A stretch of 64,000 nt of DNA, from NCBI GenBank assembly GCA_964016885.1, contig OZ024741.1, positions 28,830,001 to 28,894,000 on the forward strand. The letters are read 5' to 3'. Each line of letters starts with the position of its first letter. Within the stretch, counting starts at the first letter, position 1. The notes beneath the pieces are model-generated. The model searched no databases, was not told the DNA's origin, and saw nothing but the letters and a program-made list of their open reading frames with translations. Both the position numbers and the translations under genes were made by a program. The DNA comes from Eledone cirrhosa. Its lineage: Eukaryota. This document shows, piece by piece, positions 38,801-52,040 of the stretch.

Positions 38801-41800
38801 TGCAGTTATAACAGTGGCACACATTGTCTCAGAGTGTCTGGAGAAGATGTTTCTCCTCTGTGTCTATTGTGTGGTGGTGCAGTTATAACGGTGGCACACA
38901 TTGTCTCAGAGTGTCTGGAGAAGATGTATCTCCTCTGTGTCTATTGTGTAGTGGTGCAGTTATAACAGTGGCACACATTGTCTCAGAGTGTCTGGAGAAG
39001 GTGTATCTCCTCTGTGTCTATTGTGTGGTGGTGCAGTTATAACATTGGCACACATTGTCTCAGAGTGTCTGGAGAAGATGTATCTCCCCCGTGTCTATTG
39101 TGTGGTGGTGCAGTTATAACAGTGGCACACATTGTCTCAGAGTGTCTGGAGGAGATGTATCTCCTCTGTGTCTATTGTGTAGTGATGCAGTTATAACAGT
39201 GGTACACATTGTCTCAGAGTGTCTGGAGAAGATGTTTCTCCTCTGTGTCTATTGTGTGGTGGTGCAGTTATAACAGTGGCACACATTGTCTCAGAATGTC
39301 TGGAGAAGATGTATCACCCCCGTGTCTATTGTGTGGTGGTGCAGTTAGAACAGTGGCACACTATGTCTCAGAGTGTCTGGAGAAGATGTATCTCCTCTGT
39401 GTCTATTGTGTAGTGATGCAGTTATAACAGTGTCACACATTGTCTCAGAGTGTCTGGAGAAGATGTTTCTCCTCTGTGTCTATTGTGTGGTGGTGCAGTT
39501 ATAACGGTGGCACACATTGTCTCAGAGTGTCTGGAGAAGATGTATCTCCTCTGTGTCTATTGTGTAGTGGTGCAGTTATAACAGTGGCATACATTGTCTC
39601 AGAGTGTCTGGAGAAGATGTATCTCCTCTGTGTCTATTGTGTCGTGGTGCAGTTATAACAATGGCATACATTGTCTCAGAGTGTCTTGAGAAGATGTATC
39701 TCCTCTGTGTCTATTGTGTAGTGGTGCAGTTATAACAGTGGCATACATTGTCTCAGAGTGTCTGGAGAAGACGTTTCTCCTCTGTGTCTATTGTGTGGTG
39801 GTGCAGTTATAACAGTGGCACACATTGTCTCAGAGTGTCTGGAGAAGATGTTTCTCCTCTGTGTCTATTGTGTGGTGGTGCAGTTATAACAGTGGCATAC
39901 ATTGTCTCAGAGTGTCTGGAGAAGATGTATCTCCTCTGTGTCTATTGTGTGGTGGTGCAGTTATAACAGTGGCATACATTGTCTCAGAGTGTCTGGAGAA
40001 GATGTATCTCCTCTGTGTCTATTGTGTGGTGGTGCAGTTATAACAGTGGAACACATTGTCTCAGAGTGTCTGGAGAAGATGTATCTCCTCTGTGTCTATT
40101 GTGTGGTGGTGCAGTTATAACAGTGGAACACATTGTCTCAGAGTGTCTGGAGAAGATGTATCTCCTCTGTGTCTATTGTGTGGTGGTGCAGTTATAACAG
40201 TGGAACACATTGCCTCAGAGTGTCTGGAGAAGATGTATCTCCTCTGTGTCTATTGTGTGGTGGTGCAGTTATAACAGTGGCACACATTGTCTCAGAGTGT
40301 CTGAAAAAGATGTATCTCCTCTGTGTCTATTGTGTAGTGGTGCAGTTATAACAGTGGCACACATTGTCTCAGAGTGTCTGGAGAAGATGTATCTCCTCTG
40401 TGTCTATTGTGTGATGGTGCAGTTATAACAGTGGCACACATTGTCTCAGAGTGTCTGGAGACGATGTATCTCCCCTGTGTCTATTGTGTGATGGTGCAGT
40501 TATAACAGTGGCACACATTGTCTCAGAGTGTCTGGATAAGATGTATCTCCTCTGTGTCTATTGTGTGGTGGTGCAGTTATAACAGTGGCTCACATTGTCT
40601 CAGAGTGTTTGGAGAAGATGTATCTCTTCTGTGTCTATGGTGTGGTGGTGCAGTTATAACAGTGGCACACATTGTCTCAGAGTGTCTTGAGAAGATGTAT
40701 CTCTTCTGTGTCTATTGTGTGGTGGTGCAGTTATAACAGTGGCACACATTGTCTCAGAGTGTCTGGAGAAGATGTATTTCCTTTGTGTATATTGTGTAGT
40801 GGTGCAGTTATAACATTGGCACACATTGTCTCAGAGTGTCTGGAGACGATGTATCTCTTCTGTGTCTATTGTATTGTGTGGTGGTGCAGTTATAACAGTG
40901 GCACACATTGTCTCAGAGTGTCTGGAGAAGATGTATCTCTTCTGTGTCTATTGTATTGTGTGGTGGTGCAGTTATAACAGTGGCACACATTGTCTCAGAG
41001 TGTCTGGAGAAGATGTATCTCTTCTGTGTCTAATGTGTGGTGGTGCAGTTATAACAGTGGCACACATTGTCTTAGAGTGTCTGGAGAAGATGTATCTCTT
41101 CTGTGTCTATTGTGTGGTGGTGCAGTTATAACAGTGGCACACATTGTCTCAGAGTGTCTGGAGAAGATGTATCTCTTCTGTGTCTAATGTGTGGTGGTGC
41201 AGTTATAACAGTGGCACACATTGTCTCAGTGTGCCTGGAGAAGATGTATCTCCTCTGTGTCTATTGTGTGGTGGTGCAGTTATAACAGTGGCACACATTG
41301 TCTCAGAATGTCTGGAGAAGATGTATCTCCTCTGTGTCTATTGTGTGGTGGTGCAGTTATAACAGTGGCAAACATTGTCTCAGAATGTCGAGAGAAGATG
41401 TATCTCTTCTGTGTCTAATGTGTGGTGGTGCAGTTATAACAGTGGCACACATTGTCTCAGAGTGCCTGGAGAAGATGTATCTCTTCTGTCTCTAATGTGT
41501 GGTGGTGCAGTTATAACAGTGGCACACATTGTCTCAGAGTGCCTGGAGAAGATGTATCTCCTCTGTGTCTATTGTGTGGTGGTGCAGTTATAACAGTGGC
41601 ACACATTGTCTCAGAATGTCTGGAGAAGATGTATCTCCTCTGTGTCTATTGTGTGGTGGTGCAGTTATAACAGTGACACACATTGTCTCAGAGTGTCTGG
41701 AGAAGATGTATCTCCTCTGTGTCTATTGTGTGGTGGTGCAGTTATAACAGTGGCACACATTGTCTCAGAGTGTCTGGAGAAGATGTATCTCCCCTGTGTC

Positions 41801-44800
41801 TATTGTGTGGTGGTGCAGTTATAACAGTGGCACACATTGTCTCAGAGTGTCTGGAGAAGATGTATCTCCTCTGTGTCTATTGTGTGGTGGTGCAGTTATA
41901 ACAGTGGCACACATTGTCTCAGAGTGTCTGGAGAAGATGTATCTCCTCTGTGTCTATTGTGTGGTGGTGCAGTTATAACAGTGGCACACATTGTCTCAGA
42001 GTGTCTGGAGAAGATGTATCTCTTCTGTGTCTATTGTGTGTTGGTGCAGTTATAATAGTGGCACACATTGTCTCAGAGTGTCTGGAGAAGACGTATCTCT
42101 TCTGTGTCTATTGTGTGGTGGTGCAGTTATAACAGTGGCACACATTGTCTCAGAGTGTCTTGAGAAGATGTATCTCTTCTGTGTCTATTGTGTGGTGGTG
42201 CAGTTATAACAGTGGCATACATTGTCTCAGAGTGTCTGGAGAAGATGTATTTCCTTTGTGTATATTGTGTGGTGGTGCAGTTATAACAGTGGCACACATT
42301 GTCTCAGAGTGTCTGGAGAAGATGTATTTCCTTTGTGTATATTGTGTAGTGGTGCAGTTATAACAGTGGCACACATTATCTCAGAGTGTCTGGAGAAGGT
42401 GTATCTCCTCTGTGTCTATTGTGTGGTGGTGCAGTTATAACATTGGCACACATTGTCTCAGAGTGTCTGGAGAAGATGTTTCTCCTCTGTGTCTATTGTG
42501 TAGTGATGCAGTTATAACCGTGGCACACATTGTCTCAGAGTGTCTGGATAAGATGTATCTCCTCTGTGTCTATTGTGTGGTGGTGCAGTTATAACAGTGG
42601 CACACATTGTCTCAGAGTGTCTGGAGAAGATGTATCTCCTCTGTGTCTATTGTGTGGTGGTGCAGTTATAACAGTGGTACACATTGTCTCAGAGTGTCTG
42701 GAGAAGATGTATCTCCTCTGTGTCTATTGTGTGGTGGTGCAGTTATAACAGTGGCACACATTGTCTCAGAGTGTCTGGAGAAGATGTATCTCCTCTGTGT
42801 CTATTGTGTAGTGGTGCAGTTATAACAGTGGCATACATTGTCTCAGAGTGTCTGGAGAAGACGTTTCTCCTCTGTGTCTATTGTGTGGTGGTGCAGTTAT
42901 AACAGTGGCACACATTGTCTCAGAGTGTCTGAAAAGATGTATCTCCTCTGTGTCTATTGTGTAGTGGTGCAGTTATAACAGTGGCATACATTGTTTCAGA
43001 GTGTCTGGAGAAGATGTATCTCCTCTGTGTCTATTGTGTCGTGGTGCAGTTATAACAATGGCATACATTGTCTCAGAGTGTCTGGAGAAGATGTATCTCC
43101 TCTGTGTCTATTGTGTAGTGGTGCAGTTATAACAGTGGCATACATTGTCTCAGAGTGTCTGGAGAAGACGTTTCTCCTCTGTGTCTATTGTGTGGTGGTG
43201 CAGTTATAACAGTGGCACACATTGTCTCAGAGTGTCTGGAAAAGATGTTTCTCCTCTGTGTCTATTGTGTGGTGGTGCAGTTATAACAGTGGCATACATT
43301 GTCTCAGAGTGTCTGGAGAAGATGTATCTCCTCTGTGTCTATTGTGTGGTGGTGCAGTTATAACAGTGGCATACATTGTCTCAGAGTGTCTGGAGAAGAT
43401 GTATCTCCTCTGTGTCTATTGTGTGGTGGTGCAGTTATAACAGTGGAACACATTGTCTCAGAGTGTCTGGAGAAGATGTATCTCCTCTGTGTCTATTGTG
43501 TGGTGGTGCAGTTATAACAGTGGAACACATTGTCTCAGAGTGTCTGGAGAAGATGTATCTCCTCTGTGTCTATTGTGTGGTGGTGCAGTTATAACAGTGG
43601 AACACATTGCCTCAGAGTGTCTGGAGAAGATGTATCTCCCCTGTGTCTATTGTGTGATGGTGCAGTTATAACAGTGGCACACATTGTCTCAGAGTGTCTG
43701 GATAAGATGTATCTCCTCTGTGTCTATTGTGTGGTGGTGCAGTTATAACAGTGGCTCACATTGTCTCAGAGTGTCTGGAGAAGATGTATCTCTTCTGTGT
43801 CTATGGTGTGGTGGTGCAGTTATAACAGTGGCACACATTGTCTCAGAGTGTCTTGAGAAGATGTATCTCTTCTGTGTCTATTGTGTGGTGGTGCAGTTAT
43901 AACAGTGGCACACATTGTCTCAGAGTGTCTGGAGAAGATGTATTTCCTTTGTGTATATTGTGTAGTGGTGCAGTTATAACATTGGCACACATTGTCTCAG
44001 AGTGTCTGGAGACGATGTATCTCCCCTGTGTCTATTGTGTGATGGTGCAGTTATAACAGTGGCACACATTGTCTCAGAGTGTCTGGATAAGATGTATCTC
44101 CTCTGTGTCTATTGTGTGGTGGTGCAGTTATAACAGTGGCTCACATTGTCTCAGAGTGTTTGGAGAAGATGTATCTCTTCTGTGTCTATGGTGTGGTGGT
44201 GCAGTTATAACAGTGGCACACATTGTCTCAGAGTGTCTTGAGAAGATGTATCTCTTCTGTGTCTATTGTGTGGTGGTGCAGTTATAACAGTGGTACACAT
44301 TGTCTCAGAGTGTCTGGAGAAGATGTATTTCCTTTGTGTATATTGTGTAGTGGTGCAGTTATAACATTGGCACACATTGTCTCAGAGTGTCTGGAGACGA
44401 TGTATCTCTTCTGTGTCTATTGTATTGTGTGGTGGTGCAGTTATAACAGTGGCACACATTGTCTCAGAGTGTCTGGAGAAGATGTATCTCTTCTGTGTCT
44501 ATTGTATTGTGTGGTGGTGCAGTTATAACAGTGGCACACATTGTCTCAGAGTGTCTGGAGAAGATGTATCTCTTCTGTGTCTAATGTGTGGTGGTGCAGT
44601 TATAACAGTGGCACACATTGTCTCAGAGTGTCTGGAGAAGATGTATCTCTTCTGTGTCTATTGTGTGGTGGTGCAGTTATAACAGTGGCACACATTGTCT
44701 CAGAGTGTCTGGAGAAGATGTATCTCTTCTGTGTCTAATGTGTGGTGGTGCAGTTATAACAGTGGCACACATTGTCTCAGTGTGCCTGGAGAAGATGTAT

Positions 44801-47800
44801 CTCCTCTGTGTCTATTGTGTGGTGGTGCAGTTATAACAGTGGCACACATTGTCTCAGAATGTCTGGAGAAGATGTATCTCCTCTGTGTCTATTGTGTGGT
44901 GGTGCAGTTATAACAGTGGCACACATTGTCTCAGAATGTCGAGAGAAGATGTATCTCTTCTGTGTCTAATGTGTGGTGGTGCAGTTATAACAGTGGCACA
45001 CATTGTCTCAGAGTGCCTGGAGAAGATGTATCTCTTCTGTCTCTAATGTGTGGTGGTGCAGTTATAACAGTGGCACACATTGTCTCAGAGTGCCTGGAGA
45101 AGATGTATCTCCTCTGTGTCTATTGTGTGGTGGTGCAGTTATAACAGTGGCACACATTGTCTCAGAATGTCTGGAGAAGATGTATCTCCTCTGTGTCTAT
45201 TGTGTGGTGGTGCAGTTATAACAGTGACACACATTGTCTCAGAGTGTCTGGAGAAGATGTATCTCCTCTGTGTCTATTGTGTGGTGGTGCAGTTATAACA
45301 GTGGCACACATTGTCTCAGAGTGTCTGGAGAAGATGTATCTCTTCTGTGTCTATTGTGTGGTGGTGCAGTTATAACAGTGGCACACATTGTCTCAGAGTG
45401 TCTGGAGAAGATGTATCTCTTCTGTGTCTAATGTGTGGTGGTGCAGTTATAACAGTGGCACACATTGTGTCAGAGTGCCTGGAGAAAATGTATTTCCTCT
45501 GTGTCTATTGTGTGGAGGTGCAGTTATAACAGTGGTACACATTGTCTCAGAGTGTCTGGAGAAGATGTATCTCCTCTGTGTCTATTGTGTGGTGGTGCAG
45601 TTATAACAGCGGCACACATTGTCTCAGAGTGTCTGGAGAAGATGTATCTCCCCTGTGTCTATTGTGTGGTGGTGCAGTTATAACAGCGGCACACATTGTC
45701 TCAGAGTGTCTGGAGAAGATGTATCTCCCCTGTGTCTATTGTGTGGTGGTGCAGTTATAACAGCGGCACACATTGTCTCAGAGTGTCTGGAGAAGATGTA
45801 TCTCCCCTGTGTCTATTGTGTGGTGGTGCAGTTATAACAGCGGCACACATTGTCTCAGAGTGTCTGGAGAAGATGTATCTCCTCTGTGTCTATTGTGTGG
45901 TGGTGCAGTTATAACAGTGGCACACATTGTCTCAGAGTGTCTGGAGAAGATGTATCTCCTCTGTGTCTATTGTGTGGTGGTGCAGTTATAACAGTGGCAC
46001 ACATTGTCTCAGTGTGTCTGGAGAAGATGTATCTCTTCTGTGTCTATTGTGTGGTGGTGCAGTTATAACAGTGGCACACATTGTCTCAGAGTGTCTGGAG
46101 AAGACGTATCTCTTCTGTGTCTATTGTGTGGTGGTGCAGTTATAACAGTGGCACACATTGTCTCAGAGTGTCTGGAGAAGATGTATTTCCTTTGTGTATA
46201 TTGTGTGGTGGTGCAGTTATAACAGTGGCACACATTGTCTCAGAGTGTCTGGAGAAGATGTATTTCCTTTGTGTATATTGTGTGGTGGTGCAGTTATAAC
46301 AGTGGCACACATTGTCTCAGAGTGTCTGGAGAAGATGTATTTCCTTTGTGTATATTGTGTAGTGGTGCAGTTATAACAGTGGCACACATTGTCTCAGAGT
46401 GTCTGGAGAAGGTGTATCTCCTCTGTGTCTCTTGTGTGGTGGTGCAGTTATAACATTGGCACACATTGTCTCAGAGTGTCTGGAGAAGATGTTTCTCCTC
46501 TGTGTCTATTGTGTGGTGGTGCAGTTATAACAGTGGCGGACATTGTCTCAGAGTGTCTGAAAAAGATGTATCTCCGCTGTGTCTATTGTGTAGTGGTGCA
46601 GTTATAACAGTGGTACACATTGTCTCAGAGTGTCTGGAGAAGATGTATCTCCTCTGTGTCTATTGTGTGGTGGTGCAGTTATAACAGTGGAACACATTGT
46701 CTCAGAGTGTCTGGAGAAGATGTATCTCCTCTGTGTCTATTGTGTGGAGGTGCAGTTATAACAGTGGCACACTATGTCTCAGAGTGTCTGGAGAAGATGT
46801 ATCTCCTCTGTGTCTATTGTGTAGTGATGCAGTTATAACAGTGGCACACATTGTCTCAGAGTGTCTGGAGAAGATGTTTCTCCTCTGTGTCTATTGTGTG
46901 GTGGTGCAGTTATAACGGTGGCACACATTGTCTCAGAGTGTCTGGAGAAGATGTATCTCCTCTGTGTCTATTGTGTAGTGGTGCAGTTATAACAGTGGCA
47001 CACATTGTCTCAGAGTGTCTGGAGAAGGTGTATCTCCTCTGTGTCTATTGTGTGGTGGTGCAGTTATAACATTGGCACACATTGTCTCAGAGTGTCTGGA
47101 GAAGATGTATCTCCCCCGTGTCTATTGTGTGGTGGTGCAGTTATAACAGTGGCACACATTGTCTCAGAGTGTCTGGAGGAGATGTATCTCCTCTGTGTCT
47201 ATTGTGTAGTGATGCAGTTATAACAGTGGTACACATTGTCTCAGAGTGTCTGGAGAAGATGTTTCTCCTCTGTGTCTATTGTGTGGTGGTGCAGTTATAA
47301 CAGTGGCACACATTGTCTCAGAATGTCTGGAGAAGATGTATCACCCCCGTGTCTATTGTGTGGTGGTGCAGTTAGAACAGTGGCACACTATGTCTCAGAG
47401 TGTCTGGAGAAGATGTATCTCCTCTGTGTCTATTGTGTAGTGATGCAGTTATAACAGTGTCACACATTGTCTCAGAGTGTCTGGAGAAGATGTTTCTCCT
47501 CTGTGTCTATTGTGTGGTGGTGCAGTTATAACGGTGGCACACATTGTCTCAGAGTGTCTGGAGAAGATGTATCTCCTCTGTGTCTATTGTGTAGTGGTGC
47601 AGTTATAACAGTGGCATACATTGTCTCAGAGTGTCTGGAGAAGATGTATCTCCTCTGTGTCTATTGTGTCGTGGTGCAGTTATAACAATGGCATACATTG
47701 TCTCAGAGTGTCTTGAGAAGATGTATCTCCTCTGTGTCTATTGTGTAGTGGTGCAGTTATAACAGTGGCATACATTGTCTCAGAGTGTCTGGAGAAGACG

Positions 47801-50800
47801 TTTCTCCTCTGTGTCTATTGTGTGGTGGTGCAGTTATAACAGTGGCACACATTGTCTCAGAGTGTCTGGAGAAGATGTTTCTCCTCTGTGTCTATTGTGT
47901 GGTGGTGCAGTTATAACAGTGGCATACATTGTCTCAGAGTGTCTGGAGAAGATGTATCTCCTCTGTGTCTATTGTGTGGTGGTGCAGTTATAACAGTGGC
48001 ATACATTGTCTCAGAGTGTCTGGAGAAGATGTATCTCCTCTGTGTCTATTGTGTGGTGGTGCAGTTATAACAGTGGAACACATTGTCTCAGAGTGTCTGG
48101 AGAAGATGTATCTCCTCTGTGTCTATTGTGTGGTGGTGCAGTTATAACAGTGGAACACATTGTCTCAGAGTGTCTGGAGAAGATGTATCTCCTCTGTGTC
48201 TATTGTGTGGTGGTGCAGTTATAACAGTGGAACACATTGCCTCAGAGTGTCTGGAGAAGATGTATCTCCTCTGTGTCTATTGTGTGGTGGTGCAGTTATA
48301 ACAGTGGCACACATTGTCTCAGAGTGTCTGAAAAAGATGTATCTCCTCTGTGTCTATTGTGTAGTGGTGCAGTTATAACAGTGGCACACATTGTCTCAGA
48401 GTGTCTGGAGAAGATGTATCTCCTCTGTGTCTATTGTGTGATGGTGCAGTTATAACAGTGGCACACATTGTCTCAGAGTGTCTGGAGACGATGTATCTCC
48501 CCTGTGTCTATTGTGTGATGGTGCAGTTATAACAGTGGCACACATTGTCTCAGAGTGTCTGGATAAGATGTATCTCCTCTGTGTCTATTGTGTGGTGGTG
48601 CAGTTATAACAGTGGCTCACATTGTCTCAGAGTGTTTGGAGAAGATGTATCTCTTCTGTGTCTATGGTGTGGTGGTGCAGTTATAACAGTGGCACACATT
48701 GTCTCAGAGTGTCTTGAGAAGATGTATCTCTTCTGTGTCTATTGTGTGGTGGTGCAGTTATAACAGTGGCACACATTGTCTCAGAGTGTCTGGAGAAGAT
48801 GTATTTCCTTTGTGTATATTGTGTAGTGGTGCAGTTATAACATTGGCACACATTGTCTCAGAGTGTCTGGAGACGATGTATCTCTTCTGTGTCTATTGTA
48901 TTGTGTGGTGGTGCAGTTATAACAGTGGCACACATTGTCTCAGAGTGTCTGGAGAAGATGTATCTCTTCTGTGTCTATTGTATTGTGTGGTGGTGCAGTT
49001 ATAACAGTGGCACACATTGTCTCAGAGTGTCTGGAGAAGATGTATCTCTTCTGTGTCTAATGTGTGGTGGTGCAGTTATAACAGTGGCACACATTGTCTT
49101 AGAGTGTCTGGAGAAGATGTATCTCTTCTGTGTCTATTGTGTGGTGGTGCAGTTATAACAGTGGCACACATTGTCTCAGAGTGTCTGGAGAAGATGTATC
49201 TCTTCTGTGTCTAATGTGTGGTGGTGCAGTTATAACAGTGGCACACATTGTCTCAGTGTGCCTGGAGAAGATGTATCTCCTCTGTGTCTATTGTGTGGTG
49301 GTGCAGTTATAACAGTGGCACACATTGTCTCAGAATGTCTGGAGAAGATGTATCTCCTCTGTGTCTATTGTGTGGTGGTGCAGTTATAACAGTGGCACAC
49401 ATTGTCTCAGAATGTCGAGAGAAGATGTATCTCTTCTGTGTCTAATGTGTGGTGGTGCAGTTATAACAGTGGCACACATTGTCTCAGAGTGCCTGGAGAA
49501 GATGTATCTCTTCTGTCTCTAATGTGTGGTGGTGCAGTTATAACAGTGGCACACATTGTCTCAGAGTGCCTGGAGAAGATGTATCTCCTCTGTGTCTATT
49601 GTGTGGTGGTGCAGTTATAACAGTGGCACACATTGTCTCAGAATGTCTGGAGAAGATGTATCTCCTCTGTGTCTATTGTGTGGTGGTGCAGTTATAACAG
49701 TGACACACATTGTCTCAGAGTGTCTGGAGAAGATGTATCTCCTCTGTGTCTATTGTGTGGTGGTGCAGTTATAACAGTGGCACACATTGTCTCAGAGTGT
49801 CTGGAGAAGATGTATCTCCCCTGTGTCTATTGTGTGGTGGTGCAGTTATAACAGTGGCACACATTGTCTCAGAGTGTCTGGAGAAGATGTATCTCCTCTG
49901 TGTCTATTGTGTGGTGGTGCAGTTATAACAGTGGCACACATTGTCTCAGAGTGTCTGGAGAAGATGTATCTCCTCTGTGTCTATTGTGTGGTGGTGCAGT
50001 TATAACAGTGGCACACATTGTCTCAGAGTGTCTGGAGAAGATGTATCTCTTCTGTGTCTATTGTGTGTTGGTGCAGTTATAATAGTGGCACACATTGTCT
50101 CAGAGTGTCTGGAGAAGACGTATCTCTTCTGTGTCTATTGTGTGGTGGTGCAGTTATAACAGTGGCACACATTGTCTCAGAGTGTCTTGAGAAGATGTAT
50201 CTCTTCTGTGTCTATTGTGTGGTGGTGCAGTTATAACAGTGGCATACATTGTCTCAGAGTGTCTGGAGAAGATGTATTTCCTTTGTGTATATTGTGTGGT
50301 GGTGCAGTTATAACAGTGGCACACATTGTCTCAGAGTGTCTGGAGAAGATGTATTTCCTTTGTGTATATTGTGTAGTGGTGCAGTTATAACAGTGGCACA
50401 CATTATCTCAGAGTGTCTGGAGAAGGTGTATCTCCTCTGTGTCTATTGTGTGGTGGTGCAGTTATAACATTGGCACACATTGTCTCAGAGTGTCTGGAGA
50501 AGATGTTTCTCCTCTGTGTCTATTGTGTAGTGATGCAGTTATAACCGTGGCACACATTGTCTCAGAGTGTCTGGATAAGATGTATCTCCTCTGTGTCTAT
50601 TGTGTGGTGGTGCAGTTATAACAGTGGCACACATTGTCTCAGAGTGTCTGGAGAAGATGTATCTCCTCTGTGTCTATTGTGTGGTGGTGCAGTTATAACA
50701 GTGGTACACATTGTCTCAGAGTGTCTGGAGAAGATGTATCTCCTCTGTGTCTATTGTGTGGTGGTGCAGTTATAACAGTGGCACACATTGTCTCAGAGTG

Positions 50801-52040
50801 TCTGGAGAAGATGTATCTCCTCTGTGTCTATTGTGTAGTGGTGCAGTTATAACAGTGGCATACATTGTCTCAGAGTGTCTGGAGAAGACGTTTCTCCTCT
50901 GTGTCTAGTGTGTGGTGGTGCAGTTATAACAGTGGCACACATTGTCTCAGAGTGTCTGAAAAGATGTATCTCCTCTGTGTCTATTGTGTAGTGGTGCAGT
51001 TATAACAGTGGCATACATTGTTTCAGAGTGTCTGGAGAAGATGTATCTCCTCTGTGTCTATTGTGTCGTGGTGCAGTTATAACAATGGCATACATTGTCT
51101 CAGAGTGTCTGGAGAAGATGTATCTCCTCTGTGTCTATTGTGTAGTGGTGCAGTTATAACAGTGGCATACATTGTCTCAGAGTGTCCGGAGAAGACGTTT
51201 CTCCTCTGTGTCTATTGTGTGGTGGTGCAGTTATAACAGTGGCACACATTGTCTCAGAGTGTCTGGAAAAGATGTTTCTCCTCTGTGTCTATTGTGTGGT
51301 GGTGCAGTTATAACAGTGGCATACATTGTCTCAGAGTGTCTGGAGAAGATGTATCTCCTCTGTGTCTATTGTGTGGTGGTGCAGTTATAACAGTGGCATA
51401 CATTGTCTCAGAGTGTCTGGAGAAGATGTATCTCCTCTGTGTCTATTGTGTGGTGGTGCAGTTATAACAGTGGAACACATTGTCTCAGAGTGTCTGGAGA
51501 AGATGTATCTCCTCTGTGTCTATTGTGTGGTGGTGCAGTTATAACAGTGGAACACATTGTCTCAGAGTGTCTGGAGAAGATGTATCTCCTCTGTGTCTAT
51601 TGTGTGGTGGTGCAGTTATAACAGTGGAACACATTGCCTCAGAGTGTCTGGAGAAGATGTATCTCCCCTGTGTCTATTGTGTGATGGTGCAGTTATAACA
51701 GTGGCACACATTGTCTCAGAGTGTCTGGATAAGATGTATCTCCTCTGTGTCTATTGTGTGGTGGTGCAGTTATAACAGTGGCTCACATTGTCTCAGAGTG
51801 TCTGGAGAAGATGTATCTCTTCTGTGTCTATGGTGTGGTGGTGCAGTTATAACAGTGGCACACATTGTCTCAGAGTGTCTTGAGAAGATGTATCTCTTCT
51901 GTGTCTATTGTGTGGTGGTGCAGTTATAACAGTGGCACACATTGTCTCAGAGTGTCTGGAGAAGATGTATTTCCTTTGTGTATATTGTGTAGTGGTGCAG
52001 TTATAACATTGGCACACATTGTCTCAGAGTGTCTGGAGAC
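35890..52040. repeat. About 8-kb tandem duplication (offsets 8104, 8181, then 8027 bp; 104-106 monomers plus 19 bp)
   Basis: ORFs 36273/44377, 38208/46389, 40826/48853 and 43838/51865. Shared private markers: GGAGGAG (39149/47176), CTTAGAG, TATAATAG, TAACCGTGG, and a 76-bp monomer (42931/50958). Confidence 0.92.
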
